From NCBI GenBank assembly GCA_965205015.1, contig OZ242029.1:1536001-1600000 (forward strand): DNA of 64,000 nucleotides. Reading direction: 5' to 3'. The position numbers and the translations under genes are program-made. Numbering within the stretch: position 1 is the stretch's first letter; every line of letters begins with the position of its first letter. This document shows, piece after piece, positions 1 to 8,659 of this stretch. This DNA comes from Candidatus Poribacteria bacterium (GTDB taxonomy: Bacteria > Poribacteria > WGA-4E > WGA-3G). A model generated the notes under the pieces. That model ran no database searches. It was given only the letters and a program-made list of their open reading frames with translations, and was not told the origin of the DNA.

Positions 1-987
1 TGGAAGGATGACTTAGATGAAATAAAACTTTTTGCGGCTGGAATACAGCGAGCTGAGGAACTTTCAGTTTTCTACTCGCTTGCCTCTTACTACCCATCTA
101 TGTTTGCCTTTCACCAATACTTTCACAGCTCGTTTCGAGCAAGACAAGGTAAAGTGCTTGAAAAAATACTACAGTATATTCTCCAACAGTATGGCGGATG
201 TGATAATGTACCAGAGAAGAACGCAGATAGACTTTCGCTCTTGGGTGAAATTTTCCAGTCTGATGAACTTCCAAACCTTGACATTGATGTAATGGCCTCA
301 GACTCCGAGAACAAAAAGACCCTTGTCATTCAACTCCGCTCAAGAGATGATACCGGTGGCACAACCGCTAAAGGATCACTCGCTGAGTTGCCACAAAAAT
401 TTTTAAGGCTTAACAAAACCCCACAAAACAATATACTCTATCTCGTTTGTGTGTGGGTTCCTCGGGACTCGCAACAAAAGACTTCAACAGTGAAAAAAAT
501 GTTTTCATCTTTGGAGGAGGACATTATGGTAAACGAAGACTCTTTTAACGAGATTGTTATAAACAAAGTAAAGTTGCGAGAAAATATTTATTTGAAGATG
601 GCTTATGGTACCGACGAAATAGCAAATTCTCTCTTTGAATGGATAGACAGTAAAAATGAGAATGTTTTGGAGGCTATATCCACTATTGTTAATTTAGTAA
701 GCGACTGGGATGACTTGTGGATTGCCTACGCGATAGCAAGTTTAGAACTTGAAGTCGTTTCATTTTCTGGACAATCGAATATAAAACTATTAAATGAGAA
801 ATACGACCAAATAGGAATCAACTTTAACTACACATCTTATCAAGACTTAACAGATTCAATAGATAGTATCGTCCAAAAGATAATCCCGCTTTGGACAGAA
901 GATAGTATTCCTGTAAAAACACCAGCGGACCAACTACAATACATCAGAGACTTACTGTTTTTGAAAGCATATTATGAAAAACCATAA
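1..987 (+). CDS. Putative type II restriction endonuclease (5' truncated by window edge)
   Basis: Frame is open from base 1. AT-rich. PD-(D/E)xK-like segment LDIDVMA...LVIQLRSRDD. Overlaps the downstream DNA methyltransferase by 14 bp. Confidence 0.6.
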   Translation, partial: WKDDLDEIKLFAAGIQRAEELSVFYSLASYYPSMFAFHQYFHSSFRARQGKVLEKILQYILQQYGGCDNVPEKNADRLSLLGEIFQSDELPNLDIDVMASDSENKKTLVIQLRSRDDTGGTTAKGSLAELPQKFLRLNKTPQNNILYLVCVWVPRDSQQKTSTVKKMFSSLEEDIMVNEDSFNEIVINKVKLRENIYLKMAYGTDEIANSLFEWIDSKNENVLEAISTIVNLVSDWDDLWIAYAIASLELEVVSFSGQSNIKLLNEKYDQIGINFNYTSYQDLTDSIDSIVQKIIPLWTEDSIPVKTPADQLQYIRDLLFLKAYYEKP

Positions 988-2323
988 TTTGAAAAAACAA
1001 CTCATGCTTTTCCGCACAGATGCCGGGACTAAGATTCCAAAAGACGACTCTACATCCGATGAGATAGAGTCAGTTTCTTTCCGAGAACTCGTTCCCGAAA
1101 TCAACGATACTGGCTACTTGACACACGCTATTTTCGCGTATCCTGCGAAATTCATTCCGCAAGTCGTCCGATACGCTATTAACACCTACACAAAGGAAGG
1201 GGATTGGATTATCGATCCATTCGCAGGTTCAGGAACCGTAGGTGTTGAGGCGTATCTGTGTAAACGCAACGCCGTTCTTCTAGATCTCAACCTACTCTTA
1301 AACCATATCATGCCACTGAAAATTTACAATGGAAAAGACAGGTTAGATGCAGCGGATTTGTATAAACTGTTAGATGGCATGAGAGAAAGCGAACACCGGT
1401 TCACACCGAATTGGTCAAATGTTGACTACTGGTATGCCCCGGAAATTTTAGATGTGCTATTGCGGTATTGGGGTTTCGTTAACAACACGGACGATGAAAT
1501 CTATTCAACTCTTATCAAATCCGCGTTGTTGAAAGTGAGCAAACGTTTCTCTTACACAGAAGATAGAACACCTAAGCTTGCCAAATCCAAGCGTAAATTG
1601 AACATGATAGCGGAGCTGCTCAAGGAAAATTGGCGAGAACAGTTAGATGAGATGGTATATAGTCTCTCCTTGAAAACATTAAAAAACCTCAATGACTTCG
1701 TGATGCATACACAGCACCAGTGTGAACATCTGGGGACGGTTGAATTTCATGGGGGTGTGGATTCGTCTTATGTCCCCGTGCCGCGAGAATGCGATGCGTT
1801 AATCACATCTCCGCCGTATCTCCAAGCGCAAGAATATATCCGTTCTACAAAGATGGACCTGTTTTGGTTAGGGCATACCGAAGAAGAGATTCGTGAATTA
1901 TCGCGGCTTGAAATTCCGTATCGGAAGGCTGATCGGCTGATTGAGACCGAAACGTTGGACAAAATCAGGCAGATGCTCACTCGGGACGATCTCCAGAAAC
2001 GGCTTGACTCCTACTTCTGCCACACGATTAACGCCCTTGAGAATTCGATGAATCAACTCAAGCCGAAGGCAACTGCTTGCATCTTCGTCGGCAATCCGCG
2101 GATTGACGGTATAACGGTCGAAATATGGCGAATATTGGCGGAGTATTTCACGGAACGTGGATTTGTATTTGAGAAAGTCTATGAGGACAAGATCAAAACT
2201 CGGAAACTTTTTGGTGCTCGGAAAAATAAGAACCCGGATGGAATGAAGTCCGAATTCCTGCTGATTTTGAGGAAGAATGCTATCTATCAAGCATCTGCTC
2301 AGCGGTGCGGATCTGTTCTTTAA
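974..2323 (+). CDS. DNA amino-methyltransferase (N4-cytosine type, motif I before motif IV)
   Basis: YPAKFIP, SAM-binding DPFAGSGT, catalytic ITSPPY. Confidence 0.9.
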   Translation: MKNHNLKKQLMLFRTDAGTKIPKDDSTSDEIESVSFRELVPEINDTGYLTHAIFAYPAKFIPQVVRYAINTYTKEGDWIIDPFAGSGTVGVEAYLCKRNAVLLDLNLLLNHIMPLKIYNGKDRLDAADLYKLLDGMRESEHRFTPNWSNVDYWYAPEILDVLLRYWGFVNNTDDEIYSTLIKSALLKVSKRFSYTEDRTPKLAKSKRKLNMIAELLKENWREQLDEMVYSLSLKTLKNLNDFVMHTQHQCEHLGTVEFHGGVDSSYVPVPRECDALITSPPYLQAQEYIRSTKMDLFWLGHTEEEIRELSRLEIPYRKADRLIETETLDKIRQMLTRDDLQKRLDSYFCHTINALENSMNQLKPKATACIFVGNPRIDGITVEIWRILAEYFTERGFVFEKVYEDKIKTRKLFGARKNKNPDGMKSEFLLILRKNAIYQASAQRCGSVL

Positions 2324-3101
2324 GATAAGGGAGCCCCTCAGCACGCTTTAAGAAAATCTCCAGATAGCGACGCATCATGAGTGGATCGTCATTTTTCTGA
2401 TACGCGTGTGCGAGACGATAATAAGCTTCTGCGTCACTGTCATCCAAGGATAAGCCTTTTTCGTAGGATTGGATGGCGCGAAGGAATTCTCCGTTCTCCT
2501 CGTAAGCGAGACCGAGGTTAAAATAGGTATCAGCGTCTCCCTCCTCTATTTCGAGGGCCGCCTCGTAATGTTGAATAGCGTCCTGATACATCTCGCGGTG
2601 GAGGTAGGCGTTCGCCATGTTGTAGTAGGCATCGACAAAGGTGGGTTCTGTCTCAATTGCGTTTTGAAAGGCGGCAAGCGCCTCGTCAAATCGGTCTGTC
2701 ATGTCGTAAGCATAGCCGAGATTGTTATAGAAGGCAGGGTTTCCTGGTGATAACTCAAGTGCAGCGAGGAACATATCAATCGCAAGTGCGAACAAACGGA
2801 TATCGGTGTAAACCAAACCGAGATTGTTATAGGCGTGGTGGTGCTCATCATCAAGTGCGATGGCGTTTTGGAAAGACTCTATCGCCTTATCATACTCACC
2901 CAATTCCTGATAAGTTTTGCCGAGTTGAATATGTCCCTCTGCATCTGTTGGGTTGAGTGCCTGTCCCATTCTGAGCCTTAACACATCGCGTTGCAGTTCC
3001 CGTTGCTGTTGTGTCTGATCAGATGGATTACATCCCAACAGTAAATAGGTTAAGAGCCCTATTACGATAAAAGGAACGCATGTTAAAGTCCTAACGTCCA
3101 T
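2280..3101 (-). CDS. TPR-repeat lipoprotein
   Basis: Hydrophobic N-terminus with LLLGC lipobox. About 6 TPRs (AYNNLG, FYNNLG, TYFNLG). Confidence 0.85.
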   Translation of the reverse strand: MDVRTLTCVPFIVIGLLTYLLLGCNPSDQTQQQRELQRDVLRLRMGQALNPTDAEGHIQLGKTYQELGEYDKAIESFQNAIALDDEHHHAYNNLGLVYTDIRLFALAIDMFLAALELSPGNPAFYNNLGYAYDMTDRFDEALAAFQNAIETEPTFVDAYYNMANAYLHREMYQDAIQHYEAALEIEEGDADTYFNLGLAYEENGEFLRAIQSYEKGLSLDDSDAEAYYRLAHAYQKNDDPLMMRRYLEIFLKRAEGLPYLKEQIRTAEQMLDR

Positions 3102-3127
3102 TGTTCCACCGCAAGGAAAATTAAAAT

Positions 3128-3964
3128 ATGATTATTGATACACATACACATTTCTACGATCCAACACGCCCTGAAGGCGTACCGTGGCCGAATCCAGATG
3201 ACGATGTGCTTTACCGAAAGGTTATGCCAGAAGACTACAAAGCACTCGCTGTCCCTGAAGGTGCGACCGGTACCGTCGTCGTCGAGGCGAGCAAATGGCT
3301 TGAAGACAACCAGTGGATTCTGGACCTCGCCGCAGATGAACCTTTCATCGTAGGGTTCGTTGGGCATTTAGAACCCGACGACGCGGATTTTGAAGCCTCT
3401 TTGGCAAGGTTTTCTGCGAATCCGCTCTTTCGCGGGATACGCCTCGGTGGGGGACATCTACGCGCCATTGGTGACGATACCTTTTTAGCTAATATTGAGA
3501 AATTAGCAGCGAGAGAACTTGCCTTGGATCTATTGATTAATCCGGAAATGTTATCAACGCTGCCAACCTTGGTTGAACATACACCAGAGATGCACATCAT
3601 CATCAACCACATCGCAGGCGCGCGAATATCGGAACAGCCACCCGATCCAGCTTGGGTTTCCGCAATGCATGAAGTCGCTCGCTACCCAAACATCTATTGT
3701 AAGGTATCTGGACTCGCAGAACACACAGGACACATTCCGGCACCGACGGATGTCGCCTATTACACCCCAACGATAGACGTTTTATGGGATGCATTCGGTG
3801 AGGATAGGCTTATCTACGGGAGCAATTGGCCCGTATCTGAACGCTTCGCGCCGTATAAAGTCGTGCAACAGATTGTGAACGACTACTTTAGTGCGAAAGG
3901 CGATGCAGTCAAGGCGAAGTTTTTCTATCAGAACGCCACGGCAGCGTATCGACTATCGCTTTAA
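3128..3964 (+). CDS. Amidohydrolase_2 family protein (L-fuconolactonase-like)
   Basis: IIDTHTH, NHIA, CKVSG and YGSNWP motifs. Confidence 0.85.
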   Translation: MIIDTHTHFYDPTRPEGVPWPNPDDDVLYRKVMPEDYKALAVPEGATGTVVVEASKWLEDNQWILDLAADEPFIVGFVGHLEPDDADFEASLARFSANPLFRGIRLGGGHLRAIGDDTFLANIEKLAARELALDLLINPEMLSTLPTLVEHTPEMHIIINHIAGARISEQPPDPAWVSAMHEVARYPNIYCKVSGLAEHTGHIPAPTDVAYYTPTIDVLWDAFGEDRLIYGSNWPVSERFAPYKVVQQIVNDYFSAKGDAVKAKFFYQNATAAYRLSL

Positions 3965-3965
3965 A

Positions 3966-4035
3966 GTAGTAGCGTAACCAAAGCGCAGACCCCTTCCTCT
4001 ACAGAGTGAACGGCACGACGGAGCGTGCCTACTAC
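3966..4035. repeat. GTAG-type REP pair between convergent genes
   Basis: GTAGTAG at 3966. Inverted GTAGTAGGCACGCTCCGTCGTGCCG at 4011-4035 (GGCACG/CGTGCC stem). Confidence 0.6.
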
Positions 4036-4044
4036 TTTTCCGTT

Positions 4045-4614
4045 TTATGCTACCCAGCGGATAAACTCGCCTGCGGGTTGTCGTTTCGGTGCGCCGATGT
4101 CGGCGGGATAACCCGTGTAGAAGAAACCGATGATGTACTCTTGTGACGAATCAATTCCGAGCAACTGATACGTCTGTTCTTCGAGCGTGATTCTACCGGT
4201 GCTCCACTGCATCCCGACGCCAGCATCCCATGCGGCGAGCTGGACGTTTTGCACTGCACAACAGGCAGCGGCATAGTCTTCGCGTCGACGTTGCTCATCG
4301 CCCTCCTGTATGCACGAAACGGCGATAATTGTCGGCTTGGACATGAATTTCTCGTAAGCCAGTTCACCAATTTTGGCAAGATTCTCGGCATCAACGTGGT
4401 CGGGTGTATCCTCAATCTTAATGTCTCGGTAGCGGTCTGCAAGGATTAGTTTTGTTTCCTCACCAATCACGGTGAAGCGCCACGGTTCGGTGACATGGTG
4501 ATTGGGTGCCCATATTCCGTAACTGAAAACCTGTTCAATGACATCATTCGGCACTGGTTCCGGTTTGAACTTAAAAATAGTGCGTCGTGAAAGAATCGCG
4601 TCTTTAACATCCAT
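4045..4614 (-). CDS. Nitroreductase family protein (YdjA-like)
   Basis: AILSRRTIFKF, WAPNHHVTEPWRF, AVQNVQLAAW. AAGGAGG RBS. Confidence 0.9.
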   Translation of the reverse strand: MDVKDAILSRRTIFKFKPEPVPNDVIEQVFSYGIWAPNHHVTEPWRFTVIGEETKLILADRYRDIKIEDTPDHVDAENLAKIGELAYEKFMSKPTIIAVSCIQEGDEQRRREDYAAACCAVQNVQLAAWDAGVGMQWSTGRITLEEQTYQLLGIDSSQEYIIGFFYTGYPADIGAPKRQPAGEFIRWVA

Positions 4615-4640
4615 AAGTTAGGTCCTCCTTATAGGATTTA

Positions 4641-4669
4641 ATTATACTGTATTGGGTAACTAATTGCAA
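4641..4669 (-). promoter_or_regulatory. Sigma-70 promoter for the nitroreductase
   Basis: TTGCAA-N17-TATAAT on the minus strand. Confidence 0.65.
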
Positions 4670-4684
4670 GGTGCGGTTTCTGTC

Positions 4685-6082
4685 CTATTGCAGTGCGATT
4701 TTAAGACGTTCTACAGCCTCAATCGCATCCTCAATCTCTTGCTTGGGTATATTCGTGATGGTAGTATGGCTGAGCGGATTTAGGATGCGGCTTCGATATA
4801 ATTCGATATCTCTAATGAGATTACCACTTAAAACAGAAGTGCTTTTTATCGGATCCCAGAAATCCTGACTCTGCAGTTTATCCCGATTTCGACGGTATCT
4901 AACTGGCAAACGCTTAGCGTCACAAAATTCCTCAATCATTACCTCAAAAGCGGTGCGCAAGTAAATTGCACAGGCTTTGTAGTCGTTCGCATCAAGATAC
5001 TCCCTCGCCTTATCCAAATACGCCTCATTTTCCACATAGACCGGTATCTCGTATTCATCCGTCTGCCGAAAATAGAATTCAACGGCTTTCCACTTTCCTT
5101 CGTGGGCTATGCGCTGTCTGACGATCTCATACCACGTCTTGTCGTAAGTCGTTAAAAAGATTTGGTAGTCTGCGAAATACTCGTCCAGAATGTCAAGTAC
5201 CGGGAGGCGATTTGACATATCCAAACCGATGATCACATCATCCAAGGCGAGGATTTTTAGGGCACTGGTAGGCTGTAGTAGGATTGATGAAAAATAGATG
5301 GCAATCGCGATCGCTGACAACTTTGCCTCGTTTAGGAAACGGTGATGTTCAGGGATGTCTTTGTCGAAGAACTTAACAGTTAGGAGAATTCCCTGATTAT
5401 CAAGCCTTTTGTCGTCAATGTTGTATGTAATGCCCTGAAAATCTAAGTCAAATGCAACATTATATCCAAATTTGCCGAGAATTTCGGAGGCTTTCGTTTG
5501 TAGATCTGTTAATCTATTCGCTAATTCATCGTTGAAATTCGCTATTTGTTCCTCAAGGTACGCAATTTGATCTATCGCGCTTTGATCTGGGGGAGGCTGA
5601 ATACTCGCCCAATCTTCGGCAAGACTCCGATCTGTTTCACGACTAACGGTATTCCCTAAGAGCGTTTTAACCAACAAATCGAACACATTCACAATATCTT
5701 TTTCACGATGCAGATAGTGCGTTCCCAGAAGATCCTTATAATCCAGGAAACCTTTTGCTCTTGATGCCTCAATAAGAAGTTCCTCACTTGTCTCGTCCTT
5801 AACAGTTTCAGACCATTCATAAGTATCTTGTTTCGACTGTGCATCAGCCTGGAGGTGCAGTTTGATATATCCATCATCCGAATTAAAGATGTTTTGGTGG
5901 GGTTTAAATTGGTGGCCTCCCTCGCTGGATTCAAGGAATCTTTTCAACGCCTGATATAACGAAGTTTTTCCACTACCATTTTCGCCGTAAACAAGTAAAT
6001 TCTTTCCTGCCTTGTGCAAGTCTATCTGATATGCCCCATAAAAGGCTCTAAAGTTTTTAAGTTCAATTTTGGTAATTCTCAT
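4685..6082 (-). CDS. ABC/SMC-like ATPase with C-terminal HEPN-like domain (RloC/AAA_13-like)
   Basis: Walker A GENGSGKT, degenerate signature FLNEAK, Walker B LALDD. C-terminal YLRTAFE...RILNPLSH (Rx6H). Confidence 0.75.
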   Translation of the reverse strand: MRITKIELKNFRAFYGAYQIDLHKAGKNLLVYGENGSGKTSLYQALKRFLESSEGGHQFKPHQNIFNSDDGYIKLHLQADAQSKQDTYEWSETVKDETSEELLIEASRAKGFLDYKDLLGTHYLHREKDIVNVFDLLVKTLLGNTVSRETDRSLAEDWASIQPPPDQSAIDQIAYLEEQIANFNDELANRLTDLQTKASEILGKFGYNVAFDLDFQGITYNIDDKRLDNQGILLTVKFFDKDIPEHHRFLNEAKLSAIAIAIYFSSILLQPTSALKILALDDVIIGLDMSNRLPVLDILDEYFADYQIFLTTYDKTWYEIVRQRIAHEGKWKAVEFYFRQTDEYEIPVYVENEAYLDKAREYLDANDYKACAIYLRTAFEVMIEEFCDAKRLPVRYRRNRDKLQSQDFWDPIKSTSVLSGNLIRDIELYRSRILNPLSHTTITNIPKQEIEDAIEAVERLKIALQ

Positions 6083-8574
6083 GCCTTACTTTCAATGATA
6101 CGGATAGGTTGGACACTATCCAAAAAGAATAGATTGACCGCAACCGGATGCGTTTTTTCATATAATCGCTCAAAGAGGTCTCGGCACGCGGACATTTTAT
6201 CGCCTTGAATCTCTTCAAGCCACGGTAACTGTTCATCTAATAACGGTTGGAAAAGGTGTTTGCGGCCTTTATGAAGCTCGTCCGGCAGATAGGCCTCATA
6301 AACCAGTCCATCAATGATTCGATCAAAATATCCGAGCATCACACGGTCGCGGGCGTATTTTAAATCTCTACTGTTTACCGTAGGCTGTTTCTTGAGATAA
6401 AGGATATATTCAACGATTTTGTGGATGAGTGCCCTCTGGTCCGATGTCATATCAGGGATCGGAATTTGCGAGACATACCGCGGCACGAATTTTAAAAACG
6501 GACCCCGAACCTGTGGAGATGTCCGCGCATAAAACCAAGAAACCGCTCTGGTGTTCAACACACCGAGAAGCCACAGTTCACTTGTAAGCAGCAGAGATGC
6601 GGGGCTGCCTACATAGTAGCCTTCATCGTCAAAAGCAAACGCGGTTTCACTTGCCATATCTGCATAGATACACTTCGGTTGCGTAAACCGCGTCGTATCC
6701 GTTGGAGCCGTTTGGAGTTCATACCATTTCTGTTTCCCTGATCTCTTTTCCAGGGCATCACGGTATTTTTCCAAGTGTTTCTTGATGGCTGGATAGGCGT
6801 TGATGTCTATGCCTCGGTGTGCAAAGATTAACCACTTGTCCTGTGTCTCTCTCCGCGACTCATCTATTGGCTTCACTCGCCACCGTTGGATGTCACGCGC
6901 CATCAGAAACGGCTTCAAAACATCAGCAGATGAGGGGTGTTCCGCAATGAGTTCATCTCGCGTCGCACGCTCTACGATAAATGCTCCGTTGCACCCGGTC
7001 GTGATACCCCTTGCAGATTGTCTGTAGAGATATTCGCTCAAGGGTTTGCCGGCGTTGCGAAATTTCTCAAGCAGTTCCAACACTGCATAAGATTCTTGTG
7101 TTTCCCCCTCGGCAGTCAAGACTCTTTGCGTTGTCGTAAAACTGTTCACTGGATATTGCCTCAACATTTCGACGATGTCTTTCGGTAGTTTAACACCGTT
7201 TTTCCGCTCGAACATGGCAACATCTCTGTAAGAATTATGAAACGCGGTGACAATATCCAATCCCAAGTTTTTGGCAACTATTAGGTCAGCTTTGGCTTTA
7301 TCCCATTCTTTCAGGTGTAACCACGTTTCACCACGAGAATAATAAACCAAATCATCGTTAGGATTCATCTGCATTGCCTGGTCCAAGTTAATGATAGCAC
7401 TATCAAAATTCCCTTTTCTGAGGTACACAATACCAAGTCGGTGATAGGCAACCGAATCATCAGAATTTAGACGGATTACCTCATTCAAGTCAGCAATAGC
7501 ATCATCAAAGTTCCCTTTGCGGAAGTAAGCCAAACCTCGGTAGTGATAGGCTTCTGAACACCTTGGTATAAATTCTATCGCTTTGCTAAAATCAGTGATG
7601 GCATTCTCAAGTTCGCCTTTAGCAAAATAAGCACGTCCCCGATTATTATAGGCAGAGGCGTAATCTGATTTGTATTTTATCGCCTTTGTAAAGTCTTCAA
7701 CGGCATCGTCAAACTTGCCGTTAGAACTGTCAAGTTCACCTATAGAGAGATAAGCACTACCTCGCCCATCATACGCGACAGCAAGCCCTTCACCTAATTG
7801 AATCGCATTATCTATCGCATCAGTAAAATGCTCAACTGCCTTTTGATAATTCTTGATTTTTTTTTCACGGATATCTGCTTTTTGCCCACTCTCCAGATGA
7901 TCATTGCCTTTACTAATATCTTCATAGATATTCCAGCGGGTATCTTGACTACTAACAAATCCATGCAGGTCAGGATAGATAATTTCGGCAGATATGCCGT
8001 GATGGTTTTGCAGGTGCTCTAACATCAACTGTTTGAGATTTGCCGGAATAGTGACAATATTGTTCTCGTGTGGTTTAATAAAGCCCTCGGGGGGTTTAAT
8101 GAATATGCTCTTCTGGACTTTGACACGACTTTTTGGAGATGGATCGCAAGGTTTTACAATCCAATTTTTTATTTCTCCATTTTTATTTTGCAAGATAACC
8201 CTGCCATCTTTAAAAGGAAAACTATTACAAGCAAAGAAGAGAGCAATACAATAGTCAGTCGTAAAGTCCAACAGGTTAGTTTTTCCACCAAAATGTTGGA
8301 TTTCGGTCAGAATCTCAAAATCGTCTGTTTCTTGGGTGTATCTGTACGTTTTAGCATACTTCAACTCTTGACGTTGAAAAACCTCTACATTGTGTTCGTT
8401 TAACAACCCAACGTTCTCAAGTGCGCGGTATAGAGTTGAGGAGATTTTGGGATGGCATTGAGACTCACCACGGAAAATGTAATCGCCATCGGCAGATATT
8501 TTCGCGATCTTGCCGATTATTTCCAAAACCTTATTTAACTGGGTTTGACGATCAGATTGGTTTTGTGTGCTCAT
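6079..8574 (-). CDS. FRG domain + TPR repeats + type IIG/TaqI_C-like target recognition domain fusion
   Basis: YIFRGE and QHFGGKTNLLDFT (FRG). About 5 TPRs. Then GITTGCNGAF...LKPFLMARDIQRW...KWYELQ...LLGVLN...QIPIP (TaqI_C/Eco57I-type TRD). ATGA overlap with the ATPase. Confidence 0.8.
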   Translation of the reverse strand: MSTQNQSDRQTQLNKVLEIIGKIAKISADGDYIFRGESQCHPKISSTLYRALENVGLLNEHNVEVFQRQELKYAKTYRYTQETDDFEILTEIQHFGGKTNLLDFTTDYCIALFFACNSFPFKDGRVILQNKNGEIKNWIVKPCDPSPKSRVKVQKSIFIKPPEGFIKPHENNIVTIPANLKQLMLEHLQNHHGISAEIIYPDLHGFVSSQDTRWNIYEDISKGNDHLESGQKADIREKKIKNYQKAVEHFTDAIDNAIQLGEGLAVAYDGRGSAYLSIGELDSSNGKFDDAVEDFTKAIKYKSDYASAYNNRGRAYFAKGELENAITDFSKAIEFIPRCSEAYHYRGLAYFRKGNFDDAIADLNEVIRLNSDDSVAYHRLGIVYLRKGNFDSAIINLDQAMQMNPNDDLVYYSRGETWLHLKEWDKAKADLIVAKNLGLDIVTAFHNSYRDVAMFERKNGVKLPKDIVEMLRQYPVNSFTTTQRVLTAEGETQESYAVLELLEKFRNAGKPLSEYLYRQSARGITTGCNGAFIVERATRDELIAEHPSSADVLKPFLMARDIQRWRVKPIDESRRETQDKWLIFAHRGIDINAYPAIKKHLEKYRDALEKRSGKQKWYELQTAPTDTTRFTQPKCIYADMASETAFAFDDEGYYVGSPASLLLTSELWLLGVLNTRAVSWFYARTSPQVRGPFLKFVPRYVSQIPIPDMTSDQRALIHKIVEYILYLKKQPTVNSRDLKYARDRVMLGYFDRIIDGLVYEAYLPDELHKGRKHLFQPLLDEQLPWLEEIQGDKMSACRDLFERLYEKTHPVAVNLFFLDSVQPIRIIESKA

Positions 8575-8659
8575 TTATCTTACTCCCAAAAAACAAGTTT
8601 ACTTTGAAGTTAATGATAACACATTCTATCAAAGAATATTAAGCGAATTTGAGAAAGAT

